Below are positions 1-12,000 of a stretch of DNA of 51,796 bases, one piece after another (positions within the stretch are counted from its first letter, which is position 1; each line of letters opens with the position of its first letter). The notes under the pieces were generated by a model. It saw only the letters and a program-made list of their open reading frames with translations, made no database searches and had not been told where the DNA came from. Source of the stretch: Phormidesmis sp. (GTDB lineage: Bacteria > Cyanobacteriota > Cyanobacteriia > Phormidesmidales > Phormidesmidaceae); the NCBI GenBank assembly GCA_049646425.1, contig JBARVU010000141.1:1-51796 (forward strand), read 5' to 3'. A program made the position numbers and the translations under genes.

Positions 1-947
1 AGCGTTACCAGTGGGATCGAAGGCGCGAGCCCTGCCACCAGCACGCACAACCCGCTCAACAGCATAAAGCCCAGCACCGTATTCATCCGGCGCGATGGCC
101 CGCCCCAGGTACTCATCACCACGCTGCCCAGTAGCATGCCACCGCCGCCAATCGACAGAATGGTGCCGAGTACTGCTGCCGAGGTAAAAGACAGTCCCAG
201 CGGGGTTACTAGCACCTGAATCATCCCTAAGAAAAAGTTGGTACCCGCTTGAAACATCAGCAGGCCAAAGAGCCCGGGTCGGGCCGTGAGGTAAGTCCAA
301 CCGTAAAATGTCTCTTTTAGCAAGGAACGCTGTTCTTTGACAGGCAAATCAGCGGCTGGCAGAGGTGCAGGAAAGCGCACTGAAAACAAGGTGGCTAGAG
401 CCACGATAAACGTGAGACAGTCCAGTAAAATCACGCCTTCTAATTCGATAGTGAGTAAGAGAATTCCCCCCAGCATCGGGGAGACCAAACGGGTGATTCC
501 TTGTCCCATTTGAGTCATTCCACTGGCCCGGCCCAGATGCTGTTCAGGTACTAATAAGACGGTCGTCGCGGCATACGCTGGCCACTGAAACGCATTAAAC
601 GTAGAACTCACCACCGTGGCCAGATAGATATGTACAATGGCCAGCTGACCACTGATAAACAAAAAGGCAATGACTAAGGTACTGAGCCCTGCCCCCAAGT
701 CACTCAAGATCATCGTCCAGCGACGATCCCACCGATCAACCAGCGTCCCTGCCAGCGGCGATATTAGAATCGTCGGCAACGTCTTGCACAGAGAAATGAG
801 GGCAAACTGAGTGACCGAGCCAGTCTGTTGATAGACCCAGATTCCCATGGCAAACCCTGTCAGACCGGAGCCGAGTAAAGACACTAGCTGCCCGCTCCAG
901 ATCAGGGTGAACACCTTCATACTCTTAGGGGTCGGTGGGCGTTTCAT
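1..947 (-). CDS. MFS efflux transporter (DHA3/MefA/EntS-like), 3' end outside window
   Basis: Not in the ORF track because it has no stop in the window. My translation from ATG 947 gives MKRPPTPKSMKVFTLIWSGQLVSLLGSGLTGFAMGIWVYQQTGSVTQFALISL...SPLAGTLVDRWDRRWTMILSD, containing MFS motif A and many hydrophobic helices. It starts 1 nt after the NRPS stop, with GGAGG upstream. Confidence 0.9.
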   Translation of the reverse strand, partial: MKRPPTPKSMKVFTLIWSGQLVSLLGSGLTGFAMGIWVYQQTGSVTQFALISLCKTLPTILISPLAGTLVDRWDRRWTMILSDLGAGLSTLVIAFLFISGQLAIVHIYLATVVSSTFNAFQWPAYAATTVLLVPEQHLGRASGMTQMGQGITRLVSPMLGGILLLTIELEGVILLDCLTFIVALATLFSVRFPAPLPAADLPVKEQRSLLKETFYGWTYLTARPGLFGLLMFQAGTNFFLGMIQVLVTPLGLSFTSAAVLGTILSIGGGGMLLGSVVMSTWGGPSRRMNTVLGFMLLSGLCVLVAGLAPSIPLVT

Positions 948-948
948 G

Positions 949-3900
949 TTAGCTGTTAGCCTCCGCTAAGACCTGCTCAATCACAGCACTCAGCTGGTTT
1001 GCCAACGCCTGGACATGGGGCTGGGCCAGCAGCGTGACATGATCGCCAGGGACGGTGTGCAGGCTCGGAGTCCCCGCTGCAAATCTCTCCCACTCCACCA
1101 AAATTTGGGTGGGGTCTGTCGCCAGCCGCTTAGCCAGACCTTCTTCAGCCTGAAAGAAGGCCATGCGAGTTGGATATTTTCCCTGCGGCTGGTAGTGAGT
1201 TTGATGATTCGCTTTAAACACATTGATCAGCCCCCGCACTTGCCGGGTATCTGCGCCAGACGGCAGCAGGTTAACCGCTTGCAGACGGGTAGAAAAATAG
1301 GCTAGCTGCGCCTGCGGATCGAGCCCATCGAGCTGCTCAGCCGATAGCGCCAGTGACCGACCCGACCAGCTTTCTAAAATGCTGGCAATCTTAGTGAGCC
1401 AGAGCGCCTCCGACCACTCAGTTCCCGTCGCCTGGTTAGCCGGATTTTGGGTGTCTAAAATCACTAGCAACCCCACTGAGTGCCCCTGCCCCTGCAGCTG
1501 TTGCGACATTTCAAACGCCACCCGACTGCCAAAAGAATGTCCGCCCAAAAAGTATGGCCCTTGGGGCTGAACCTGTTGCACAGCGTCGATATAGCAAGCT
1601 GCCATCGCTTCAATCCGGCTGTGGGGTTCTAATTCGCCGTCTAGACCACGCCCCTGTAGGCCATAAAAAGGCTGATCGGCGCCGAGACAACGGGCCAAAT
1701 CATAGAAACAAACAACATTACCCCCCGCACCGGGGACAAAGAAGAGCGGCGGTTTGTCTCCCTGCCGTTGAATAGGCACTAAGGGAGACCAAGAAACAGC
1801 TTCTGTCGACTGGCGTAAGACCTTGGCTAGCTGTTCAACAGTAGCCCCTTGAAAAAGCGTGGCTAGCGGCAGATGTTGACCTAGCTGCTGCTGAATTTGA
1901 GCCATCAAACGAACCGCCAGTAAAGAATGTCCGCCCAGATCAAAAAAGTTGTCTTTCACTCCGACTGGGTGAACCGCCAAAATTGTTTCCCAAATATGCG
2001 CAAGCTTTAGCTCCAGAGGGTCGCGAGGCGCAACAAAATGCTCGGATGACCGCTCGCTCTGCGCTGGGGAGGGCAGTGCCTGCCGATCTACCTTGCCGTT
2101 GAGCGTCAGTGGCAATTGCTCCAAAACAACAATTATGTCTGGCACCATGTACTCAGGCAGCTGTTGCCGCAAATAGCTGCGCAGCGCTTCATCTGGCGAG
2201 GGCTGTTCTAACGCCGACGCTGTCAATACGACATAGGCCACCAGCTGCTGACGACTGTGCTCAAAGCGAACCACTGCCACCGCTGCAGTGACGCCTGAAT
2301 GCCGTGTCAGCGTCGCTTCGACTTCGCCTAGCTCAATCCGAAATCCGCGGATCTTCACCTGCTGATCCTGGCGGCCTAGAAACTCAATTGTGCCATCGAC
2401 CCGGTACCGACCCAAGTCGCCGGTTCGATACAGCCGCTGACTGGCAGCCCCGACAAACGGCGCAGCGATAAATTTCTCAGCGGTTAGATCGGTGCGGTTG
2501 TGATAGCCTCGGGCCAGGCTGGCCCCGCCGATGTGCAGTTCACCCGCCACGCCAACCGGCACCGGCTGCCCCTGCCTGTCTAGAATGTAGACCTGAGTAT
2601 TCGGAAGTGGCCGACCGAGGGGCACAGCCGCCGCCGATACATGAGCAGAATGCGGAACGACATAGGTCAAAACACCGACGGCGCTCTCCGTCGGGCCATA
2701 GTGATTGAGAATGCGACAATCAGGAGCCAGTGACTGAATCTTCTCTATCAACGGCCCATAGGTGGCTTCTCCGCCCAGCACCAAGCACCGTCGTGGTAAG
2801 CAGTGAGCTGCCTGGGCTGAGGTTAGCAGCGCCTCCAGGTGAGAGGGCGTAATCTTCAAGCAGTCGATAGGATGTTGGCTAAAATAGGCTGCCAGCGCCA
2901 TTGGGTCAGACGCGACCACATGGAGCGTGCCACCCCCGAACAGTGCCGGGAAGATGGCCGTATTTCCCAAGTCTGCTGAGAGGGTAGAAACGGTAGCATA
3001 GTGACTGGCTGGTGGCAGGTTCAGCCTGGTTTGAATGCCCTTTAGATAGTTCAGCAGCTGCCGTTGTTCTATCGCCACGCCCTTGGGCTGTCCGGTGGAA
3101 CCAGACGTATAGATCACGTAGGCTAAGCTGTCGAGGGTTGCGCCGTTGGTTGGCCTTTGCTGACTATGCTGAGCGATGGCCGCGCTGTCGGTGGCTAGAC
3201 ACACCACGTCGGTAACGCAGGCTGGTAGGTCGAGCTGAACTTTGCGCTCAGTGACTAGGACCGGGGCCTGACTATCGGCCAGCATGAAAGCTAACCGCGC
3301 GTCAGGCAGCAGCGGATCGAGGGGCACATAGGCACCGCCGGCCTTGAGAATGGCCAACAGCCCTTCGATCATTGCCAGGGAGCGCTCTACGCATAGCCCG
3401 ACCGGTACCTCCGGCCCTACCCCCAGACTTTGCAGGTAATGGGCAAGCTGGTTAGCCCGACGATCCAGTTCGTCGTAGGTCAGCTGCTGACCTTCAAAGG
3501 CGACGGCAATGCGGTCAGGGGTTTGCGTGACCTGCTGTGCAAACAAATCGGGCAGGCCGGGAGGGTCGTCTATTGGCGCAGATGGCGCTGGCGGATTAAA
3601 TCCAACCAGTAACTGCTGTCGAGCCTCAGCATTGAGAATATTGAGTTCGCTGACAGTTGATTCAGGTGTCTGAAGCATGCTTTTTACAAGCGTTTGAAAC
3701 TGACTTGCCAGTTGATCAATTAGCTCGACCGCGTAGCGGCTGGGGTCATAGTAGAAATTGGCTGTGAGCGTCTCGTCGATCTGGCGGCAGGTCAGCTTTA
3801 CGCCGAAGTGATCGCTATGAACAGACTGCCGACAGAGCGTAACAGCGAGATCTCCAATCGTCTCGCGAGCAGGCCAGCTCTCGTATTCATAACAGAAAGG

Positions 3901-4971
3901 GTAAGCGACCGGTTTTGAGGAGAGGTTAGCGGCATCGAGCCATGCCTGCCAGCTAAAACAGTCCTGCCATTTGTCGGCGTTCTGAAGCGCTTCATCCACC
4001 TGGAGCAGAGTTTGTTGAAGAGTTTTCTGGGCAGTTAGCTGGCAGCGAATGGGGAGATATTGGGCAAAGGGGCCTAGCGCATGCTTGAGTTCTGCAAAGC
4101 TTCGCCCAGATCGAGCTGTGCCAACGGTCATAGAAGACTGCTGGGTAAGTCTCCAGAGCAGTACCTGCCAGCAAGTGAGCATGACTGAAGATAGACTTTG
4201 TCCTGGAAATTTAGTCTTGAGTTTGGTGGTGATACCCTTTGGGAAGGACAGGCTTAAACAGTCTGGGTTAAAGACCGAAGCAGGCGGCGACTGCTCAAAC
4301 GGCAGGCGCAGTGAAGCTAGAATCGCAGGATCTTGCGTTTGCCAATAGGCTCTGCCAGCCGCCATCTCCTCTGAATTCAATAGCTCGTTTTTCCATTCGG
4401 AGAAGTCGACATACTGGAAAGAGGGGGCTGATAGGCTTTCTCCCCGTAAGGCGGCGAAGTAGCCCTGAAGAATTTCGTGCAGCAGAATCTTCAGGCTGTT
4501 GGCGTCGGCGATCAGGGCTGGCAGGCTCAGCAGTAGGCGGTGACGATTGGCAGACAGGCGGATCAGCGTGACCTGCAGCAGCGGCCCTTCTTCAAAATCA
4601 AACGGGGTACGATAGGCAGCCTGGAAAAGGGTCTCAATGCAGCTGGCCTGAGCCTGACTATCAAGATCGCTCAAGTCGTGGTCGTTGTAGCGCAGCGATC
4701 GCCTGTCTTGAATCACCTGGAGAGGCACGGTGACTTCTGGTAAACAGTTGAAAGTGGTTCGGAGAATCTCATGACGACTGATCAGGGTTTCCAAGCTTTC
4801 TCTTAAAATCTGTTTATCGAGATTTCCCTCTATTCGGTAGTCTCCAAAAGCCCGATAGGCCGCCTCAGGGTGAGCAGCCTGCTGCTGCCACAGGTGCTTT
4901 TGTCCGGGAGACAGTCTAAATCCTTCAAGGGTGGTGCTGGACATAACGCCTGTCATAACTGGTTGCCTCAA
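949..4971 (-). CDS. Terminal NRPS: Interface(C-like)-A(Asp)-T-TE
   Basis: The N-terminal C-family domain has LSLPALIAD in place of HHxxxDG. A core YTSGSTGQPKG; manual code DLTKVGHVGK (Asp); T GGHSLL; TE GHSFG...D...PGDH. True start is more likely ATG 4956 or 4944 than TTG 4971. Confidence 0.93.
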   Translation of the reverse strand: MRQPVMTGVMSSTTLEGFRLSPGQKHLWQQQAAHPEAAYRAFGDYRIEGNLDKQILRESLETLISRHEILRTTFNCLPEVTVPLQVIQDRRSLRYNDHDLSDLDSQAQASCIETLFQAAYRTPFDFEEGPLLQVTLIRLSANRHRLLLSLPALIADANSLKILLHEILQGYFAALRGESLSAPSFQYVDFSEWKNELLNSEEMAAGRAYWQTQDPAILASLRLPFEQSPPASVFNPDCLSLSFPKGITTKLKTKFPGQSLSSVMLTCWQVLLWRLTQQSSMTVGTARSGRSFAELKHALGPFAQYLPIRCQLTAQKTLQQTLLQVDEALQNADKWQDCFSWQAWLDAANLSSKPVAYPFCYEYESWPARETIGDLAVTLCRQSVHSDHFGVKLTCRQIDETLTANFYYDPSRYAVELIDQLASQFQTLVKSMLQTPESTVSELNILNAEARQQLLVGFNPPAPSAPIDDPPGLPDLFAQQVTQTPDRIAVAFEGQQLTYDELDRRANQLAHYLQSLGVGPEVPVGLCVERSLAMIEGLLAILKAGGAYVPLDPLLPDARLAFMLADSQAPVLVTERKVQLDLPACVTDVVCLATDSAAIAQHSQQRPTNGATLDSLAYVIYTSGSTGQPKGVAIEQRQLLNYLKGIQTRLNLPPASHYATVSTLSADLGNTAIFPALFGGGTLHVVASDPMALAAYFSQHPIDCLKITPSHLEALLTSAQAAHCLPRRCLVLGGEATYGPLIEKIQSLAPDCRILNHYGPTESAVGVLTYVVPHSAHVSAAAVPLGRPLPNTQVYILDRQGQPVPVGVAGELHIGGASLARGYHNRTDLTAEKFIAAPFVGAASQRLYRTGDLGRYRVDGTIEFLGRQDQQVKIRGFRIELGEVEATLTRHSGVTAAVAVVRFEHSRQQLVAYVVLTASALEQPSPDEALRSYLRQQLPEYMVPDIIVVLEQLPLTLNGKVDRQALPSPAQSERSSEHFVAPRDPLELKLAHIWETILAVHPVGVKDNFFDLGGHSLLAVRLMAQIQQQLGQHLPLATLFQGATVEQLAKVLRQSTEAVSWSPLVPIQRQGDKPPLFFVPGAGGNVVCFYDLARCLGADQPFYGLQGRGLDGELEPHSRIEAMAACYIDAVQQVQPQGPYFLGGHSFGSRVAFEMSQQLQGQGHSVGLLVILDTQNPANQATGTEWSEALWLTKIASILESWSGRSLALSAEQLDGLDPQAQLAYFSTRLQAVNLLPSGADTRQVRGLINVFKANHQTHYQPQGKYPTRMAFFQAEEGLAKRLATDPTQILVEWERFAAGTPSLHTVPGDHVTLLAQPHVQALANQLSAVIEQVLAEANS

Positions 4972-5007
4972 TCGTGATCTCTGCTGTTGACTTGGAAAAT
5001 TGGCCGG

Positions 5008-6054
5008 TTAAAGGCCGGTCCCGCTCAGCGGTTCAGCCATGCCAACGACGACCTGACGTGTCCCTGAAAAGGGCATCCGCCCGTGGGCGCTTAAAAGGTT
5101 ATCGAGCATCAAAATGTCTCCTGACTGCCAGGGAAACCGAATGGTCTCCTGGTGATAGACCGCTCGAATCTCCTCTAAGGCGGTCGCCTCAATTGGGGAA
5201 CCGTCGCCGTAATAAGCATTGCGAGGGAGATCTTCTGGCTGAAATTCTGCTAGTAGGTGGTCTGATACCGCTGTTGGCAAGTTAGAAATGTGGAACAGAT
5301 GGGCCTGGTTAAACCAAACGAGATCTCCGGTGTGAGGATGAGCCATCACCGCTTGACAGACCTGACGCGTTCTCAGGTGATTGGCTGATTTCCACTCAAA
5401 GTCGATACCTGCTTTATGGCAATACCGTTCAACGGCCTGCCTGTCCCCAGTTTGAAAGACGGTTTGCCAGGGCAGATCGATATCGTCGTTATAGTTACGA
5501 ACGTACATCACTCGCTTTCGAATAAACTGTTGTTTGAGAGTGGGCGACAGCCGATCAAACACTCTCCGACTATCGGCAATGGGGGTATCTCCCCCCTGGT
5601 CAGCGGCTTTAACGCAGAAGAACCAGATCTTTCCCGGCCAGCAGCTGGTGTAAGACATTTCGTTGTGCAGAGGGATGGTCTGGCTGGAGGGATATTCGGT
5701 GGAGGTATAGATTTTGCCGCTGACTGGGTTGCGCGGTGTTGAGCGATAGTCATAGTCCTGAAGCTTGCCAGAAACTGCGCCTATTAGCTGCTCGAATCTT
5801 TCGATGGACGGCAGCCGAAAGTTGCGAAACAGGATGCCGCCGTGCTGCTGCAGCTGGGCTTCTATCAAGGGGCGATGGCGCTCGGCCCAAGTCACCAGAT
5901 CGAGGCCGTCGAGCGTGGGCTGAGCCAGCAGGGGGAGTCGGCTGTCGGGCAGCAGGGGAGACAGCTTGACCAGATCGGACGATACTAGGCTCAGCGATCG
6001 CCGCTGCGGTCTACGCCGCTGAAAGGTAAATTGTTGAGAGTCTGAGATAGGCAT
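5008..6054 (-). CDS. Stand-alone Fe(II)/2-oxoglutarate TauD/SyrP-like amino-acyl beta-hydroxylase
   Basis: GGILFRNF, YRSTPR...YTSTEYP...LHNEMSY (HxE), GGDTPIADSR, WFNQAHLFH, DNLLSAHGRMPF. AGGA lies 7 nt before the ATG. Confidence 0.92.
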   Translation of the reverse strand: MPISDSQQFTFQRRRPQRRSLSLVSSDLVKLSPLLPDSRLPLLAQPTLDGLDLVTWAERHRPLIEAQLQQHGGILFRNFRLPSIERFEQLIGAVSGKLQDYDYRSTPRNPVSGKIYTSTEYPSSQTIPLHNEMSYTSCWPGKIWFFCVKAADQGGDTPIADSRRVFDRLSPTLKQQFIRKRVMYVRNYNDDIDLPWQTVFQTGDRQAVERYCHKAGIDFEWKSANHLRTRQVCQAVMAHPHTGDLVWFNQAHLFHISNLPTAVSDHLLAEFQPEDLPRNAYYGDGSPIEATALEEIRAVYHQETIRFPWQSGDILMLDNLLSAHGRMPFSGTRQVVVGMAEPLSGTGL

Positions 6055-6081
6055 TTTAGCGTCCTGGGGGTAAGGGAGTAA

Positions 6082-9000
6082 TCAGCCGCGAACGGGCTTG
6101 CGCTGAATGGTTTTAAATTTTTGATGGCTCGTTTCCTGAAACTGCTTTGCTTGCATATCGGCCTGTTGCTGATCGAAGTCAGCGAGAACCCGTTGCAAGG
6201 TAGCCAGGCTGATATCGGGATCGGCACTGATGTGATGTAGCAGGGTTTCAAACTGGTCTAGGCAGGTGGCAATCGCCCTCTCCTCAAAACGCTCTGGCTG
6301 ATACAGCAGCTGTAGCAGCAGCGAGGTACCGGGCGTGACCCGAACGGTCAGTGGAAAGTTGTTGATCGTCACCGACCGCAGATTGTCAATCTCCAGGCTG
6401 CCAACAGACGCCTGTAAAGAGGTATCGAGGGGATAGTTTTCAAAGACGACAATACTCTCGAATAGAGGCTGTCCTCTGGGAACGTCACTCCAGGTTTGGA
6501 TCTCGACTAGCGGCGTATAGGCATAGGGATGCAGCGCTACCTGATCTGCTTGAAGCTGCTGCAGCCAGGTCGTCAGAGCCTCTTCACCAGAAACTTTTGC
6601 CCGCACCGGCAAGGTATTGATAAACAGGCCAACCATAGACTCCACCCCGGCTAGCGCTGGGGGACGCCCAGAAACTGTCATGCCAAAAACAACGTCTGGA
6701 TCCTTGCTGTAGTGGCTCAACAGCAGCGCCCACATACCCTGCACCAGCGTATTGAGCGTGAGCCGATGCCGCCGAGCTAGGGCTTGTAAAGCCGTAGTCA
6801 CAGATGGCGATAGTCGGCGAGACTGGATACTGTGGGGGGCGTCAGCCTGAGGACTTTCTGTAGAGTTGGCAGACTGCGTTGGCATTAGCTGCGTCGGCGC
6901 TTTAAAGCCTTGCAGGGTTTGCTGCCAGAATCGCTTAGCCTGATTGAGATCTTGCTGTTGCAGCCAGGCAATGTAGTCGCGATAGCGAGCGGGAAGCGGT
7001 AGCTCGACGGTGCTCTCATTGTTGAAAGCCTCATACAGCGTTAGGATCTCTTTGCAGATGATGGGCAAGCACCAGCCATCCATCAGCAGGTGATGATGGC
7101 TCCAAACAAACTGATGCGTGTCTGCGCTCACCCGGATCAGAGCGCAGCGTACCAGCGGCGGCTGGTCGAGTTCAAACCCTTGCGATCGCGTTTCCTGGAG
7201 AAACTGTTCTAGCTGAGTCGATTGCTCTGGGGTGGTGAGCGATCGCCAGTCGAGCTGTTCCCAGGGCAGCTGAATCGTTTGGCACACCCGCTGAAGCGGC
7301 ATTTCTAACCCTTTCCAGAGGAACGCTGTTCGCAAAATTGGATGTCGCTGTACGACCGCCTCACAGGCTCGCCGAAATGCAGAGACATTCAAATTCCCTC
7401 GTAGGCTATAGCTAAGCTGCACGCAGTAGACACCTGAGTTCGGAGCGTAGAGTGTGTGGAACAACAGTCCCTGTTGAGCCGGGGAGAGCGGGTAAAGATC
7501 GGCGATGGGCTGGCAACCGGTTAGAAGCCGATCTAAAGTGGGCTGATCCATCTTGGCTAGAGGGAAGTCGGATGGCGTGTACCGCTGAGCGTCAGGGGCC
7601 TGACAGTGAGCGATCAAATTGCTCAAACAGCGGATAAATGCCTCCGCCAGCGCCTGGATGGTCTGCCGCTGATGCACCCGCTCACTATAAGTCCAGTTCA
7701 GATGCAGTTGGCCTGAGCTGACAAATCCATTGATCTCTAACAGATAGCGACGCCGTCCTAGGGAGCTACGGGTCGGGCCGATAGATTCTGGGGCCGGGCT
7801 CCAATCAGGCGACTCAGAGAGCGCTTGATCAAACTGTCCGAGGTAGTTAAAGATCACCTCAGCCGGAGGCAATGCCTGAAGCTGTTGCCGCGTCGCGCTG
7901 TCCTGGCATAGATATCGCAGCAGCCCGTAGCCAATTCCCCGCTGGGGTACCTGCCGCAGCTGTTCTTTGACAGATTTGAGAGCTACTCCTAACGGGGCAT
8001 CCTGATCGAGCGTCAGCCAAAGGGGGAAATGGGTTGTGAACCAGCCGACGGTGCGCGAGATATCGACCCCATCGAACAGGTCTTCGCGGCCATGGCCTTC
8101 CAGGTCTAGCAGCAGCGTATGGTCGCCCGTCCACTGCGCAAAGCTCTGCACCAGCGCCGTCAACAACACATCGTTGATTTGGGTTTTGTAGGCTGGCGGC
8201 ACCTTCTGCAACAGGGCTTGGGTCTGGGCCTCGCTCAGCGTTACTGAGAGAGTTTTGGCTGAACTGACTAAATTGTCTTGCGGTTCAGGCTTCGATCCAT
8301 TGGCCAGCGCGTCAACTGGTAGGGCAGCCACCTGAGGTTGACTCAACCAGTGATCTTGCTCAGCGGCGAGATCTGCAGACTGAGCATAGTCGGATAATCT
8401 CTCGGACCAGGCTTTAAAGGCTGTTGTTTTAGCGGGCAGCTGAATGGCCTCGCCTCGCTTGAGCTGCTGGTAGACGGTGGTAAAATCAGCGAGTAAAATT
8501 CGCCAAGAGACGCCGTCGACCAGCAGGTGATGCGCAGTCATCAGCAGCCGCAGCGGCTGATCTGAACCCAGCTGAAACAGGGCAGCTCGGAACAGCGGTC
8601 CCGCTGACAGATCGAGCCGGGTCTGCACGTCAGCAATGGCAGCCTTCAGCGCAGCTGGCTGCTCATCTGAGGAGAGATGAGACAAGTCTAGTCTGGTCAC
8701 CGGCGTGACCTGTCCGGGCGGCGAGCAGATTTGTTGCCACTGGTTTTCGACCTGCTCAAAGCGATGGCGCAGAGCATCGTGGTGAGACAACACCTGCTGA
8801 ACCACGGCAGTCAAGTGATCAGGGTTGAGATCGGCAGGCACCGTCAGTAAGACAGACTGGTTGAAGTGATGAGGCTCGGCTAGATTTTGTTCAAAGAACC
8901 AGTGCTGGATGGGGGTTAGGGGCACTGGCCCACTCACCAGCCCCTGCTCCGCCTGGGTTGGTAGCGCCGTCTCCGCAACCGCCGCTAGCCGGGCGATGGT

Positions 9001-12000
9001 TTGGTGCTTGAAAAGCTGTTTAGGAAGAAGTCTTAAGCCTGCTTGGTTGGCCCGAGCAATCACCTGAATGCTGAGGATGGAATCGCCTCCCAGCTCAAAG
9101 AAGTTGTCGTGAATACTGACTTTCTCCACCTGTAGCAGGTCGCACCAGAGGTCGGCGAGGAGTTTTTCTTGAGGTGTGCAAGGCGCTGTGAAGCGACGGT
9201 TCGCGGATGAGTCTGTTGCAGAAACGGCGTGAGGAGAGGGCAGGGCCTGCCGATCTAGCTTGCCATTAAGCGTCAGCGGGAGGATCTGCAATTTCACAAA
9301 GTGAGTCGGCACCATATAGTCGGGCAGCTGTTGCTTTAAATCGGTGGCCAGGGTTTGGCCTAGCGTTGCGCCAGGGAGAGAAGAGACCACATAGGCCACT
9401 AGTTGCTGACTACCCGCCTCAGTCCACACAGTGACAGCAGCAGTAGTGACCGCTGGATGGTCGGCTAAGGCCGCTTCAATTTCACCCAGCTCGATCCGGA
9501 ACCCTCGAAGCTTGACCTGGTGGTCGAGACGACCGAGAAATTCAATCGTGCCGTCGGCTCGATAGCGGCCTGAGTCACCAGTTTTATAGAGGCGTTGCTG
9601 ACCTGTCTCTGCCCAGTTGCAATAGATAAACCGCTCCGCTGTGAGTTCAGGGCGGTGATAGTACCCGCGAGCCATGCTAGCTCCGCCAATGTGCAGCTCA
9701 CCGGCGACACCAATTGGTACCGGCTCACCATAGGGATCAAGAATGTAGACCTGGGCGTGGGGCAGCGGCTGACCCAGAGGTAGCGTTGCGGATGCTGTCA
9801 GCATTTCCGGCGGAGAGGGAACCGGGTAAGCGAGCACACCGACGGTACTCTCGGTAGGGCCATAGTGGTTGAGAATTTGGCAGGCGGGTGTCAGCGAGTG
9901 AACGGTTTCGACCAATCGCCAGCTGGCTGCTTCCCCGCCTAAGACTAGCCGCTGGCGAGGCAACAGGTCGGCGGCGTTATCACCACTCAGCAGCGCATCT
10001 AGGTGGGAAGGAGTGATCTTTAAGCAGTCGATTGGATGTTGCCGGCAGTATGCGGCCAGCCCCACTGGATCGGTCGCTCGTTCGGCGGCGATCGCATGTA
10101 GAGTACCACCGCTACACAGAGCCGGAAAAATAGCGGTGTTGCCCAAGTCAGCTGAGAGCGTGGAGAGCGTGGCATAGCTACTTTGATGGGGCAGCGCTAG
10201 CCGATCCAGCATGCTCTGGGTGTAAGCCATCACCTGGCGATGTTCGACCGCGACGCCCTTGGGCTGGCCTGTTGAACCCGAAGTATAGATGATGTAGGCC
10301 AGGTTGTTGTCAGTGACTCCGCTGGCCGGGGCCTGATCGCTTTCCTGGTCGATAGCAGCGCTGTCTGTGTCTAAACAGACAACGTGAGATAAGGTTTCGG
10401 GAGGGCTAAGGGCTAAGGGGGCCTGAGTCAGCAGCACAGGGGACTGACTATCCGCCAGCATGAAAGTCAATCGAGCCGGGGGTAGGTGAGGGTCTAGCGG
10501 TACATAGGCTCCCCCAGCTTTGAGAATACCTAACAGTACCACCACCATCTCTAGCGAACGGGGTAAGCAGAGGGCCACCGGGACTTCTGGCCCTACGCCC
10601 AGCTGTTGGAGATAGTTTGCCAGCTGATTGGCACGGCGGTTTAGCTCGGCGTAGGTGAGGGTCTGGTTCTCGAAAATGAGGGCGGTTTGGGTAGGGGTTT
10701 GGATTGCTTGTTGAGTGAACTGTTGGTGGAGGGTGGGTAAGAGAGAGGGGGTAAAAGAGAGGGGAGAAGGATTGAATTTGAGCAGGAGTTGGTGGCGGTC
10801 GGCAGGGCTGAGAATAGGCAGCCGGTCAATGAGAGTTTGGGGATTGGGCTGGACGCTCTCTAGAAGCGTTTGAAAGTAACGGCTGAGACGTTGAAGCGTG
10901 GCCGCAGAATAGCGATGAGTGTCGTAGTAGAAAGTGGCCGTAAGCTGCTCAGGTGTGCGGACGCAGGTGAGCTTGATACCAAAGCGATCCGCGCAGACGT
11001 TAGCCTGTTGAAGGCAGATAGAGAGATCGCCTGCGGGGAGGGGGCTGGGCCGCTCTTCATATTCATAGCTGAAGGGGAAGGTTAGCGGCGAGACGGCAGC
11101 TGGAGACCAGAAGTTTTGCCAGTCACTGGCGGTGCAGGTGGCTTGGTGAATCTGCTGGAGCAGTTTGCTGAAAGGGGTCTCCGCTTCAAAGTGACAGGAG
11201 ATGGGCAGAGTTCGAGCGAAGAGACCCATTGCGTCTTCCAAGTCTTCGTAAGGTCTGCCGTCAAAGACAGTTCCTAAGATGAGGTCGTCCTGGCCGGTGA
11301 GGCGCCAGAGGAGTGTTTGCCAGCAGGCTTGCAGACAAACAGACAAGGTCGTTCCCTGGCGGTTGGCGAAGGTAGATAAAGAGGCGATCGCTTCCTCTCC
11401 TAACGCTACCGTCACGCTACCGGGTTCAAAGCGAGCTAACTCTGTCTGTGGTTCTGTCTGAGGCTTTGGCAGGCCGTCGACCGCAGATAGCTCAACTTTC
11501 GACAGGGTGGTGAGGTCGTACTGTTGCCAGTGGGCCTTTCCAGCTTGAGTGGTCTCGTCGTCTGCCGTCAGCAGGTCATGCTGCCACTCGCAAAAGTCTG
11601 CATACTGAAGCGGATCTTCTGAGGGGTCGTCGGCTCCTGTCGCTAGCCAATGATGAGGTTGGCTGTTTGCAGAATAGAGCTGGCAGATTTCACCCACTAA
11701 ATTCTGAAGGGTTCGCGTATCTGCGCAAAGCGAGGGCAGGCTCAGCAGCAGCTTCGACCGCTGAGGCGATAGGGTCGCCAGGCAAGCACTAAGAGCCGCC
11801 TGGCTAGATTCATTACGGACACTTCCGACTTGAAAGCTGTCTATCTTGCGCTGCTGAACCTCAGGACTCAGGCCGCTCAGATCCATTGTCTGCCAAGAGA
11901 GGGAACTTTCCTCAGCAATCACCTGAAAGGGGAGTTTTATGCCGGCGGGACGATGAAACGTTGTGCGCAGAATTTCGTGGCGGTCAATAACCCGCTGTAA

